Source of the DNA: an uncultured Planctomycetia bacterium
GTDB taxonomy: Bacteria > Omnitrophota > Gorgyraeia > 2-02-FULL-51-18
Assembly: GCA_964642015.1 (NCBI GenBank)
Contig: CAZXLF010000002.1
Location: 2,717 to 66,716 of the forward strand
Direction: 5' to 3'
DNA length: 64,000 nt
Positions within the stretch are counted from its first letter, which is position 1, and the number at the start of each line of letters is the position of its first letter. This document shows, in pieces, positions 1 through 9,485 of the stretch. A program made the translations under genes and the position numbers. The notes under the pieces were generated by a model that was not told the DNA's origin, searched no databases, and saw nothing but the letters and a program-made list of their open reading frames with translations.

Positions 1-895
1 TTGATCGGTTTCTTTGTCCCCTGTCCAAAAGCGCAATAGCTCTATAAAGAGACGGAGGATAGAATTGATTTAGACGGGAAACGGCCCCGATACCTTCTAT
101 CTTAGGGCAAAAAGGTTCAGAAGACAAAAGCTTCGCACCTTTTTTTAAAAGCCGGTCATCTGAATTGGCGACTAATGTCATCGAACTCAGTTGATGCTTC
201 CACTTTTTGAAGAAGCGTACGCGGTTTTTTAAAAGATAATCTGCGTCCCCAAAACGATATAAATGATGATGAACGACCCGTATCCTACCATTATAAATAA
301 TTTGGTATCCTGCAAGCCTGGCTCGGACACAATAGTCAATGTCCTCATACTGACATGGAAAATATCTTTCATCGAAAGGACCGATTTTTTTTATTGCGTC
401 GCGGCGCATCAGCCAGCATGGTCCTGGTAGCGCATCACACTCGCGAATATAATCTCTTTGCCCTTGATCCCTTTCATATTTACCGACCATACCGAACGGC
501 TCAAATTTAAACTCAGCTGAGAATATGAGGCCATTGGGCCAGACGACTTTGCCGCCTACAATACCTATCTGAGGGTTCAGTTGCGCGCACTGAAGCAACT
601 TTTCAAGCCATTGGGGTGTTACTTCAATATCATCGTCTAATAAAGCGACCCAGGGGTTTCTACCGGCAAACAGCGCTTTATTCGCTGCTCCTGAAAAACC
701 CAGATTTTTGGGAAGCAGCAGTAAGGAGTCTATGGAATTTCGTTGTTTACGCAGAGATTCGCGTGTGCCATCCGTGCTATGGTTATCGATGATCGTTAAC
801 GTGTAAGGAACTGATCGGGTGTGTTCACGGATAGATCTTAAGCATCGTAAGATCTTTGCACGCGCATTATAGGTGACTATGATAATGTCAACCAT
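1..895 (-). CDS. GT2 glycosyltransferase paralog, partial at the window edge. The 5' ~545 nt are identical to gene 3226..4320; the 3' part has diverged.
   Basis: Minus-strand ATG at 895..893 (MVDIIIVTYNA...). Region 348..895 is nucleotide-identical to 3773..4320; upstream, 181..347 is only ~70% similar to 3601..3784. The ORF runs off the window start. Confidence 0.55.
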   Translation of the reverse strand, partial: MVDIIIVTYNARAKILRCLRSIREHTRSVPYTLTIIDNHSTDGTRESLRKQRNSIDSLLLLPKNLGFSGAANKALFAGRNPWVALLDDDIEVTPQWLEKLLQCAQLNPQIGIVGGKVVWPNGLIFSAEFKFEPFGMVGKYERDQGQRDYIRECDALPGPCWLMRRDAIKKIGPFDERYFPCQYEDIDYCVRARLAGYQIIYNGRIRVVHHHLYRFGDADYLLKNRVRFFKKWKHQLSSMTLVANSDDRLLKKGAKLLSSEPFCPKIEGIGAVSRLNQFYPPSLYRAIALLDRGQRNRS

Positions 896-1302
896 CCATT
901 CAACCTTATCTTATTCTTATTTTGTGAATCTTTGGTATACTGACGAATAGACGCTCAAAGAATATCATTTTCAGAGTAAATAGTACACTGGGACTATGGA
1001 AGAATAAAAATGAGAGCGGCTGCAGAAGTGTGCGTTGTTTTGTGCCGATCTATGGGCGCAGTAGGCATTATGGTATACGTTATTTTAACGTCAATTCTTA
1101 TTTAACATCTTTTTTAATCAACCCACTTTTTATCCTTTATTTGGCCATTTTGAATAAATTCAATTCGATGCATCAGGATGGAAGACAGGTTCTATTTTTT
1201 TAGACAACGATCGGATTGATGAATTACCGGATCAAATCGGATCGGCATAGAGAACAACTAGCGTTGGGCATACGGAGAAACGGGTATTCAGACGTTCCAT
1301 GA

Positions 1303-2526
1303 TCAGCAAAAAATCGTTCTTAAAGCATGGACAGCTTTTTCGTTATTCCTTTTAGCATATTCATATGCTTGAAGAGATAGTTGTTTGGCAAGATCGTGGT
1401 CATCTAAAACATCCAATACTTTATTTGCGAAGTCTCTGGGCGATCTGGAAATAAGAAAAGCCTTGGCTGCTCCGTTTTCCATACCCCTCGCTCCTATTGG
1501 CGTCGTAACGAGAGGTTTAGAATGACTTAGAGCCGTCAGATTTTTCGTACTTGACCCAGTCGCAAAAACCTCCGCATTGATCACGACATCCGAGTTGCCA
1601 TAAATTTTTTCAAGATTTTTCAAAGGACCTATCTTGAAGCAAGGACTTTTCACTTTGCTGATGAGGGGGCACACTTTTCCGGCAATAATAAATTGGGCTT
1701 TTGGATTTTTAACCCTGATCAATGGAAATATATCGTGCATAAAAAATTCCACGCTCTTTCTACTGCTTTGCGTATCGCCTCCGATAAAAAGAATATTGTG
1801 ACGGGAAGTTCTTTTTATGACAGGAGCGTATAACGGGAGCCAATGTCTCACTGTGACTACTCGTTTGGCGGTCAGTTTTGAAAAATAAGCTTTATCATCA
1901 TCCTGAATGGCCATAACGATATCCGCTCTGTCGAGCGCTTTCTTTTCTTGGCTTGTTTTCAGAGAAGCAGTGTTCAGTGGAAAAATACCATGAGCTAAGA
2001 GTTTTTTATTTCTATCGGCAAACACATCGATGGTATCTAGCAGTTTGAGGATATTGGGTCCAAAACATTCCAAAGATCGTGAAGTGACGGCGTATTCCGC
2101 TATTACGGCATCGGGCCTTATAGATTTAGAAAACGAATGGAGAAATCTATCCAGACGGGTATCATACCAGTCATCCAGATGCTTTAATTCGCCGCTGATC
2201 GTTTTAGAGAGCCTGTCCGGATGCTTGATATTATAAAACTCTTCAAAATCAGGCATATAAAATCCACTTTTCCAGCATCGCTTCATTTCAGAAATATCAT
2301 CATCTTTTCTTTGGTTTTTGGCTCTCAAGTAAACAAAATGGACCTGATGTCTCAATCTTTGCAACGTTTTAAGCAAATAATAGATTCGTATTCGATTGCC
2401 AGCGTTTTGCGGATGCGTGGCGATCGGAGAAATCACCAGTATTTTTTTTGTTTTGCTGTTAGAACGCATAGCGGCAGATCGATGAACTAGCCTGGTGTAA
2501 TGGTAAAATTTTGTAGAAGATGTCAC
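1303..2526 (-). CDS. GT-B fold glycosyltransferase, GT4-like
   Basis: 407-aa ORF with N-terminal 'KILVISPIATHPQNAGNRIR' and C-terminal 'FIIAGK...GSSTK...PLVTTPIGARG', typical GT4/GT1 architecture. Confidence 0.45.
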   Translation of the reverse strand: MTSSTKFYHYTRLVHRSAAMRSNSKTKKILVISPIATHPQNAGNRIRIYYLLKTLQRLRHQVHFVYLRAKNQRKDDDISEMKRCWKSGFYMPDFEEFYNIKHPDRLSKTISGELKHLDDWYDTRLDRFLHSFSKSIRPDAVIAEYAVTSRSLECFGPNILKLLDTIDVFADRNKKLLAHGIFPLNTASLKTSQEKKALDRADIVMAIQDDDKAYFSKLTAKRVVTVRHWLPLYAPVIKRTSRHNILFIGGDTQSSRKSVEFFMHDIFPLIRVKNPKAQFIIAGKVCPLISKVKSPCFKIGPLKNLEKIYGNSDVVINAEVFATGSSTKNLTALSHSKPLVTTPIGARGMENGAAKAFLISRSPRDFANKVLDVLDDHDLAKQLSLQAYEYAKRNNEKAVHALRTIFC

Positions 2527-2598
2527 TCAAAGGCGGAAAGGATTCAAGCAAGTAAAAATCGCAATAACAGGGAAGAAGGCGCGGGTGAAAAAAGCGGA

Positions 2599-2994
2599 TT
2601 AACTACCGACCCCGATCTCGTGAAGCTGCTCGTATCTTTTCATGGTCGGTTTTTTATATAAAGCTTTGCCTTTTTTCATGGGCTCTTTGTTGTTATGCTG
2701 AGGTTTCGACTCGGCCATATCTTGGCTTTTTTCGATCAAACTTTGGCTTTCCATTTCCTTCAATAAATTTCTAACGTCCTTTTGACAGGTAGAAAAGTCT
2801 ACATTGTATTCTTCTATGATTTTCGATATTATTTGATCGAATCCTTTTTGATCGACAATCATTTTCCATATGTATCCGCTGATCTTATCGAATACAAAGT
2901 AGAAACCTCTCTCCATATTTAGTACGACCGTTTGGTCTTCAACCTTCTTCCAGGAAATCTTGTCTTTATCTACGAAATATTTTGTATGAGCCAT
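2599..2994 (-). CDS. PqqD-family protein (RiPP recognition element-like) with a Lys-rich C-terminal tail
   Basis: 'VVLNMERGFYFVFDKISGYIWKMI...DVRNLLKEMESQSLI' follows the PqqD pattern (LN-x-t-a-x-iW...DV-x-x-FL-x-x-L-x-x-x-gli). Confidence 0.5.
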   Translation of the reverse strand: MAHTKYFVDKDKISWKKVEDQTVVLNMERGFYFVFDKISGYIWKMIVDQKGFDQIISKIIEEYNVDFSTCQKDVRNLLKEMESQSLIEKSQDMAESKPQHNNKEPMKKGKALYKKPTMKRYEQLHEIGVGS

Positions 2995-3225
2995 ATCTTT
3001 GCCCTCGTTTTTGTATAGATGATGTTGACCCGTAAATCACCATATTTCAAAGTATAATAGTTTTTATAGAAACTTACAAGCCTAGCTTAGGGTCACCCTG
3101 CTGTCAGTCTCTGTAAAAAATAAGCTTCAGTTTCTCAGAATGTTCTCGTCAGGAATATGGCGTATATTGCTATAAGGCTCAAAACTATAAAAGAGGACAT
3201 CTTTTGAAGGGATAAATCCTGGAAT

Positions 3226-4320
3226 TTACGCTCGGTCAGCGATTTTTTTCATAATCGTTTTTGGAGTTAAGTATTTTAGAAAATTCCGAGCCTCATGCTG
3301 GGCACTCCTCAGCATCCCAGCTCTGCGGAAATAAATGCATAGAAGGTGGTTGATGTTGGCACGTTCTCCTTTCGTGATACCTGTGTTTTTTTTGAGCCAA
3401 CGCGAAGTGTGTGTTAATTCTGTTATTGCTTGTCTTTTTTGTCCCGCATGAAGATGCACGATGGCGCGGTACAGCGATAACGGGTAGTATTCGCTTAATC
3501 GCGAAACACCGGCGACGCCGGGCGTGCGAGGACAGAAGGGCTCTGTCGAAAGAAGCTTGGCGCCTTTTTTTAAAATGCGGTCATCCGGACGTGTGATCAA
3601 CGTCATTGGGCCCAGCAGGCGTTCCCATTTTCTGAAAAAAAACTCGGCGTTTTTTATCAGATCGCGGTTTTTGCCAAAACGATAAAGATGATGATGGATA
3701 ATTTGAACTCGACCGTTATAATAGATCTTATAGCCTGCCCGACGCACTCGAATACAATAATCAATGTCCTCATATTGGTTTGGAAAATATCTTTCATCGA
3801 AAGGACCGATTTTTTTTATTGCGTCGCGGCGCATCAGCCAGCATGGTCCTGGTAGCGCATCACACTCGCGAATATAATCTCTTTGCCCTTGATCCCTTTC
3901 ATATTTACCGACCATACCGAACGGCTCAAATTTAAACTCAGCTGAGAATATGAGGCCATTGGGCCAGACGACTTTGCCGCCTACAATACCTATCTGAGGG
4001 TTCAGTTGCGCGCACTGAAGCAACTTTTCAAGCCATTGGGGTGTTACTTCAATATCATCGTCTAATAAAGCGACCCAGGGGTTTCTACCGGCAAACAGCG
4101 CTTTATTCGCTGCTCCTGAAAAACCCAGATTTTTGGGAAGCAGCAGTAAGGAGTCTATGGAATTTCGTTGTTTACGCAGAGATTCGCGTGTGCCATCCGT
4201 GCTATGGTTATCGATGATCGTTAACGTGTAAGGAACTGATCGGGTGTGTTCACGGATAGATCTTAAGCATCGTAAGATCTTTGCACGCGCATTATAGGTG
4301 ACTATGATAATGTCAACCAT
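3226..4320 (-). CDS. Family 2 glycosyltransferase
   Basis: 364 aa. 'IIIVTYNARAKILRCLRSI...TLTIIDNHSTDGT' and 'ALLDDDIEV' (DxD) mark a GT-A fold GT2. Confidence 0.75.
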   Translation of the reverse strand: MVDIIIVTYNARAKILRCLRSIREHTRSVPYTLTIIDNHSTDGTRESLRKQRNSIDSLLLLPKNLGFSGAANKALFAGRNPWVALLDDDIEVTPQWLEKLLQCAQLNPQIGIVGGKVVWPNGLIFSAEFKFEPFGMVGKYERDQGQRDYIRECDALPGPCWLMRRDAIKKIGPFDERYFPNQYEDIDYCIRVRRAGYKIYYNGRVQIIHHHLYRFGKNRDLIKNAEFFFRKWERLLGPMTLITRPDDRILKKGAKLLSTEPFCPRTPGVAGVSRLSEYYPLSLYRAIVHLHAGQKRQAITELTHTSRWLKKNTGITKGERANINHLLCIYFRRAGMLRSAQHEARNFLKYLTPKTIMKKIADRA

Positions 4321-4420
4321 CCATTCAACCTTATCTTATTCTTATTTTGTGAATCTTTGGTATACTGACGAATAGACGCTCAAAGAATATCATTTTCAGA
4401 GTAAATAGTACACTGGGACT

Positions 4421-5572
4421 ATGGAAGAACATAGAAAAGAAAAGCTTTTTCTGTTGAATTGCCTGTTGGAGTTAGCGCAGCCGGATCGTTTCGATACCCA
4501 GTCTTCCGCAGATCTTGATTGGGACTGGATCTTCCATTTTGCTTTTTATAATCGTGTGCTGGGTTTTGTCGGTTCTGTGCTCGAGAAAAAAAAGATCTTG
4601 GAAACATTAGGCAAAGAAGGGCGCTATAAGATCTTTTTCGCGATTCAAAGCGATTTACGGAATAATGAGATCAGACGCTCCGAATTCATTGAGCTAAGTT
4701 CGATGCTAAATGTTCATTCGATTTCCGTGATTCCATTGAAAGGCATCGCACTGTCCTACCTGGTTTACGACAAACTTCCTTGCAGACAGATGGTGGATCT
4801 GGACATTTTAGTGCAAAAGGAAGACGTTGAGCGTGTGCTGAAGATATTGGTCGAAAATGAGTTTGATCCGAACAAAGGGCGCACAAGGAACCGTTGGCAT
4901 GATGAAATGAATAAAGATCGAGTTATCTCTCATGCATTGGCATTGCAGGCGAATAGCTTGGGACGATTTGCGATGAGTAACGGAAGATATCAAGTAGACG
5001 TTCATTATGATCCTATTTATGCCAAGGTGAAAATGGATTTAGAACGTGTTTGGAAGCGGTCAACGGCGTATCCATCGATCTCTCCTAACGTACGCATGCT
5101 TGACCCTGTGGATCAATTTTTTCATGTACTTATTCATACCGCTCATTCTCCGTCGATCCGGGGGCTTTTAGACTTGCTCATGATGATGTCAAAATACAGA
5201 CTGGATCCGTCCCAGATAGCGGCGGATAAGGATGCCTCCAATATTCATTGGAAAAAATCGGAAAACCTTTTAAGATCCGTGTTGCAATTGCTCGATGTAG
5301 CAGATGCAGATCATCTTCCAGACCATCTCCTAAATAATTTGGACATCTTTTTTGAGATGACCCAAACAAATGATATGAGCTCAACTCCTGATCTCGGACG
5401 GTTGCGCCGGATCAGGTCGGTTAAGGATTTTTTTCTTTATTTTCTTGGTTACATTGTTCCGAACCCTTATTTTTATAATCGACGCAAAGGGCGCTGGGCG
5501 ATGTACAAGCAGCATTGGAAATCTTTGTATTTCAGGTTTTGCGCGCTTTTTCTAAAAAAAGCCAAGAAATAA
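4421..5572 (+). CDS. Nucleotidyltransferase family protein, PF14907-like; paralog of 10261..11358 and 59317..60285
   Basis: 'ISVIPLKGIALSYLVYDKLPCRQMVDLDILVQKEDVERV' matches the shared PLKG...R-x-M-x-D-(L/I/V)-D-(L/I/V)-(L/I/V) motif of the other two copies. Confidence 0.55.
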   Translation: MEEHRKEKLFLLNCLLELAQPDRFDTQSSADLDWDWIFHFAFYNRVLGFVGSVLEKKKILETLGKEGRYKIFFAIQSDLRNNEIRRSEFIELSSMLNVHSISVIPLKGIALSYLVYDKLPCRQMVDLDILVQKEDVERVLKILVENEFDPNKGRTRNRWHDEMNKDRVISHALALQANSLGRFAMSNGRYQVDVHYDPIYAKVKMDLERVWKRSTAYPSISPNVRMLDPVDQFFHVLIHTAHSPSIRGLLDLLMMMSKYRLDPSQIAADKDASNIHWKKSENLLRSVLQLLDVADADHLPDHLLNNLDIFFEMTQTNDMSSTPDLGRLRRIRSVKDFFLYFLGYIVPNPYFYNRRKGRWAMYKQHWKSLYFRFCALFLKKAKK

Positions 5573-5639
5573 AACTTACGGATTGAGCGAGAGCCGTTAT
5601 TCAGTACGTAAAAAATTGTGGCGGGTCAAAGTTCTTTGC

Positions 5640-5938
5640 TTTTTTACGATCAATGGACGCTTTGACGATCTTGAGAGCGTGCGGCTTTAATTTTTCGCTC
5701 ACATTTTCCCAATTTTTTTCATTCAATTTTTTTCCAGATTTCTGACAAACAAGGGAAGAAGAACATAAGAGTTTTGTTCAAATTTATTTTCCATTTCCAA
5801 TGAAGATGATGGGCGGGAATAGAGTTCCCAGTCTCTGAATGCGTTTTCGCCCGTCAAAAGCGACGCCCGGAAAAGATATTTTTGCTTTGCAGTAAAGCGT
5901 TGGTTTAAAGGAAAGATTGCTGTTTTGCATAAATCCAA
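5640..5938 (-). pseudogene. Deletion scar: the N-terminal 71 aa of a nucleotidyltransferase paralog joined to the C-terminal remnant of a GT2 gene
   Basis: ORF 5723..5938 (MDLCKTAIFPLNQRF...LLPLFVRNLEKN) is ~55% identical to the N-terminus of 10261..11358. The reverse complement of 5590..5700 translates to '..HALKIVKASIDRKKAKNFD', matching the C-terminus 'NVLKIVKASIDRKKSKEL*' of GT2 7235..7954 with a 1-nt frameshift. Confidence 0.6.
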
Positions 5939-7017
5939 TAATATTTATACTAACAAGCAAAGCATATATCAGATACTGTTTTATTTTGAATAGGATGATA
6001 TCATGTTGCCAAAGGGCTTATCTTATGTCGGAAGTTGATGAGAGCGTTATCGCGGGCAAGGACAGGCTGCAGCTTAATTTTCTTTATCTGACCGAGCTCT
6101 TAGCAAATCATTTGAAGATCGGACGCAGGTATCATGATGGCATCCGGAAGAAATTTGAAGCGGCATTTTACGAGCGTTTATTGTCGGCCGGTACAACCGT
6201 GAATCCCCCCGCTCTTCCCGTAGACCGTGTTCGGAAAATATCAGCTGTTGATTTCGCGAATAGCTACCTAAAAAAATACAAACCTGTGGTACTGGAGGGT
6301 TTTTGTGGCTCCTGGCCGGCGTCGAAGAAGTGGAATTTTGACTATTTACTGAATAACTATGGAAATATCCGCATACAGGTCCCTAATAGCTCTGAGAGCG
6401 TAACATTAAGTTCGATCTTGGAATCGATCTTGAATGGATCGGAGCCGCGTTATGTTAATTTTTTACCGCTACTTTTTGCGGCGTCCGACATGAAATCCTC
6501 GGTCGATTATAATGAATTTAAAAGGATCGCAGGACTGCCTGACAAAACCATATTTGTTTCAAAACCCTATATCGGTCAAAAGACATATAAATGCAGCGTT
6601 CACAATGATATTAGCCACAATTTTTTGACGCAATTTCAAGGAGAGAAGACCGTGACACTTTTTCCGCTTTCGCAGACCCCTTTTCTTTATTCCAAGGCGG
6701 AGTGTCCGGCGCCCAGCACTTTTTCCATCCGGACGAGATTTGATAAAGGCACATTACTGGATTCGGAGTTCGAAGCGTTTCCGCTGGCGCGTTTTGCTCA
6801 GCCATTTCAAACCAAACTTTTCCCGGGCGATATCCTTTTTATACCCGCTTTTACTTGGCATCAAGTCTATTACGATACACCGACGATTGGTCTGGGGAAT
6901 TGGTGGGTGGATTTTAAAGATAATTTCCGGATCAGTCCGCTTTTTACTTTGATGAGCCTGCCCCGCTACATTGAGGGCTACCGAATGTATCGCCGTGATT
7001 CTTTTAATACAAAGTGA
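5917..7017 (+). CDS. Cupin-like / JmjC-domain protein, putative 2-oxoglutarate/Fe-dependent hydroxylase; the true start may be the ATG at 6025
   Basis: 'KYKPVVLEGFCGSWPASKKWNFDYLLNNYGNIRIQV' is the typical N-terminal block of cupin_8/JmjC proteins. His/Asp candidates lie in 'CSVHNDISHNF' and 'FTWHQVYY'. Confidence 0.45.
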   Translation: MLFCINPIIFILTSKAYIRYCFILNRMISCCQRAYLMSEVDESVIAGKDRLQLNFLYLTELLANHLKIGRRYHDGIRKKFEAAFYERLLSAGTTVNPPALPVDRVRKISAVDFANSYLKKYKPVVLEGFCGSWPASKKWNFDYLLNNYGNIRIQVPNSSESVTLSSILESILNGSEPRYVNFLPLLFAASDMKSSVDYNEFKRIAGLPDKTIFVSKPYIGQKTYKCSVHNDISHNFLTQFQGEKTVTLFPLSQTPFLYSKAECPAPSTFSIRTRFDKGTLLDSEFEAFPLARFAQPFQTKLFPGDILFIPAFTWHQVYYDTPTIGLGNWWVDFKDNFRISPLFTLMSLPRYIEGYRMYRRDSFNTK

Positions 7018-7128
7018 TTTGATATATCTTTTGAATTATTTTCAGATCCGTATTTTTATCTTTTGATCAAACGTAAAGAGATATTTTTATATTAGGCTTG
7101 AGTTTTTGTTTAATTGACGCTCTTGGGA

Positions 7129-7292
7129 AATCTTTGTATTTCAGGTTTTGCGCGCTTTTTCTAAAAAAAGCCAAGAAATAAAACTTACGGATTGAGCGAG
7201 AGCTGTTATTCAGTACGTAAAAAATTGTGGCGGGTCAAAGTTCTTTGCTTTTTTTGCGGTCAATTGACGCTTTGACGATCTTGAGAACATTT
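7129..7292. repeat. ~165-bp near-identical copy of 5516..5690: convergent gene ends of an NTase (+) and a GT2 (-) plus the intergenic spacer
   Basis: Direct comparison: 'gaaatctttgtatttcaggttttgcgcgctttttctaaaaaaagccaagaaataaaacttacggattgagcgagag...' is present at both sites. Confidence 0.8.
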
Positions 7293-7954
7293 TGTACCGT
7301 CCAGCGCGAATCATTCATTAAATGAGACAGGTTGGAATCATGGATGCGGCGAAGCGTAAGCTTATCGGGAAGAATAGCCATTGGAACGGAAGCTTCCCTC
7401 GCGCGTAAGAACCAATCAGTGTCATCTCCCATTTTAAAAGAAATATTGAAATCGCCTATTTTTTCAAATACCGACCTTCGAGACATCAGTGCACTCGGTA
7501 TGAACGACGCGGCATTGATGTCAGCCATATTTCTTTTAGTTTTTTCATCGAGCCATGATGGGATATCGGAGCCCGTTTCGATAAAATTCTTGATATGGCA
7601 TAGCACAAGTCCTTTATCGGGATTTGCCAAAAGATAATTGACCTGAAGGCGCGTTTTTTGGGGAAGCCACATATCATCCGAATCCAGGAACGAAATAAAT
7701 TCTCCCTTAGATTCCCGAAGCCCTAAATTGCGTGCTTGTGCCGGACCGATCCCTTGATGAGCCTGATAAAAATACCTGACTTTTTTGAAAGAACGGACGA
7801 CCTCGGCTGTTCGATCCGTTGAGCCGTCGTCAACAACGATAACTTCTAACGCTTCATAATCCTGTTTAAACACGCTTTTAAGAGCATCTTGAATGAATTT
7901 TTCGCGATTGTGGACAGGAATGATAACGCTTACTAGCGGTTGGCCGTTGTTCAT
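7235..7954 (-). CDS. Family 2 glycosyltransferase
   Basis: 'LVSVIIPVHNREKFIQDALKSVFKQDYEALEVIVVDDGSTDRT' and 'DSDDMW'. Confidence 0.75.
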   Translation of the reverse strand: MNNGQPLVSVIIPVHNREKFIQDALKSVFKQDYEALEVIVVDDGSTDRTAEVVRSFKKVRYFYQAHQGIGPAQARNLGLRESKGEFISFLDSDDMWLPQKTRLQVNYLLANPDKGLVLCHIKNFIETGSDIPSWLDEKTKRNMADINAASFIPSALMSRRSVFEKIGDFNISFKMGDDTDWFLRAREASVPMAILPDKLTLRRIHDSNLSHLMNDSRWTVQNVLKIVKASIDRKKSKEL

Positions 7955-7960
7955 TTGTGC

Positions 7961-9028
7961 CTACAGTCTGCCTAGCAGTTTCTCAATGCTATTTGGTATT
8001 TCGGTTAAAAGTTTGCCTGTATTCAGGCGGTAACAAGGCAATGACTTGATGATCTTTTTCAAACGCTCGAATTCAGTGGCACCCGAGTCGGGCAGTTGAA
8101 GCAAAGTGTTCGGGGCGACGGCCGAAATCGCTGAGATCGGCGAGATCTCTTCAACTGTTGTGTTTTCATTTTGCGTGTAGTGAGCGATCGTCACGGCTTT
8201 TAACGGAAACCGGTCGATCATTTTATTTTTGAAATGTTGATGCAGAAAGAATAATGATTTTTCGTCTTCCTGCCATTTCGGATCTGTAACAGCCGATATT
8301 CCGATATCAGGAAATTTATGTACGAATTGTTTGAGGAGTTTGGCGGAACTGTAAAGCGGAGAGGCGAAAGGAATATCGTTGTTGAAATAAACGTCAACAA
8401 AATCATCGGCCATCAAACTGAGCGCCGATGAGAGACAGGAAAGGGCTGTGGTTGATTTGCCCGAGCCTGATTTTCCTGCTATCAAGATGCCTCCTGACCG
8501 GTTGCCCACGGCAGCTGCGTGGACTATTTGATGCCCTTTGCTTCTAAGCCACCAGTGAAAAACTGTTTTTAAAGGAGAAGCGATCTCATACAGAGGGATT
8601 GCATTTGGATCTTTTATAAATACAAAAGCTGTTTTTTCGCGGGAATCGACAAAATAAAAATAGTTGGAGCTGCGCAGTCCGATCAGATCTTTACCTTTAA
8701 GGTAGGCGTCGTTCTCCGATATGGACTCCGGCGGTTCGATTTCGGTCGACCCGTCCCATAGATGGAACGTGAATTCGGCCCTGTCAAAAGGTTTGACTTC
8801 GGCGTGCGCGAGCGCAGCCGAAAAAAACGATTTTAAATTTGGACCTGCCGATCTAAAGATCAAATTCTGTCCGGCTATCGTGTAGTAGTATCGCTGTGCG
8901 CCCGATCTTTCAACTGCTTTCTCGAATTGCCGGCGGAAAACTTCCGTCAAAGAATTACTTGGGATTTTGATCGTGTCCAAGATCGGGATTTGGTTTGCGG
9001 TTAGGCCAGCCTTTATCGTCCACATCAT
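7961..9028 (-). CDS. HprK-related P-loop kinase, similar to the HPr kinase C-terminal domain
   Basis: 'GGILIAGKSGSGKSTTAL' resembles the HprK catalytic P-loop (GxLIxGxSGxGKSxxAL). It lies beside a PqqD-family gene and an NTase, as does the paralog 54890..55783. Confidence 0.5.
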   Translation of the reverse strand: MMWTIKAGLTANQIPILDTIKIPSNSLTEVFRRQFEKAVERSGAQRYYYTIAGQNLIFRSAGPNLKSFFSAALAHAEVKPFDRAEFTFHLWDGSTEIEPPESISENDAYLKGKDLIGLRSSNYFYFVDSREKTAFVFIKDPNAIPLYEIASPLKTVFHWWLRSKGHQIVHAAAVGNRSGGILIAGKSGSGKSTTALSCLSSALSLMADDFVDVYFNNDIPFASPLYSSAKLLKQFVHKFPDIGISAVTDPKWQEDEKSLFFLHQHFKNKMIDRFPLKAVTIAHYTQNENTTVEEISPISAISAVAPNTLLQLPDSGATEFERLKKIIKSLPCYRLNTGKLLTEIPNSIEKLLGRL

Positions 9029-9410
9029 GAATGGGGTCGGCTTGGAAGAAGTCTTGCATGTCCGTGTATTTGTGCATCACGGGCGTTTGGAATTTCGCGT
9101 TACGAAGCTCAGCGGGAATATTTTTTTTGGAGGACTCCGTGGAAGGAGAGGGGTCGGCCGTGATCAGCTCTTCTTTTTTAAGCTCATCAAGGAATTTGTT
9201 TACCGCGCCGCTGATTTGGCTCGATTCCGAATGGGTTTCTTTGGAAATGATCTCAATGATTTCATTTTCGGAACTGCCTTGGGAGATGAGATGCCATATC
9301 GCAGCGCCTGTTTTTTCGAGATTATAATAAAATCCGGCTCCCAAATGAATGATTACAGCCTCGCCGTCGATAAGTTCATGAACTACCATGGGTTGAATTT
9401 TAAAATGCAT
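8955..9410 (-). CDS. PqqD-family protein (RRE-like) with a C-terminal extension
   Basis: 'VVHELIDGEAVIIHLGAGFYYNLEKTGAAIWHLISQGSSENEIIEIIS...VNKFLDELKKEELI'. Confidence 0.6.
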   Translation of the reverse strand: MHFKIQPMVVHELIDGEAVIIHLGAGFYYNLEKTGAAIWHLISQGSSENEIIEIISKETHSESSQISGAVNKFLDELKKEELITADPSPSTESSKKNIPAELRNAKFQTPVMHKYTDMQDFFQADPIHDVDDKGWPNRKPNPDLGHDQNPK

Positions 9411-9485
9411 ATTTTAATTTTTTATATTTTTCCGAGTCTCTCTGAATGGTGACTCTAACAAATTTCATATGCTGTGTCAACGCTT

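Noticed and set aside
2030-2490. Antisense small ORFs inside larger CDSs, for example 2030..2236, 2221..2490, 7332..7637, 9586..9999, 10583..11335, 12138..12637, 16188..16690, 32199..32964, 42651..44266
   Set aside because: They are embedded antisense or out-of-frame within well-supported genes, carry no motifs and have low-complexity composition. They are typical shadow ORFs.
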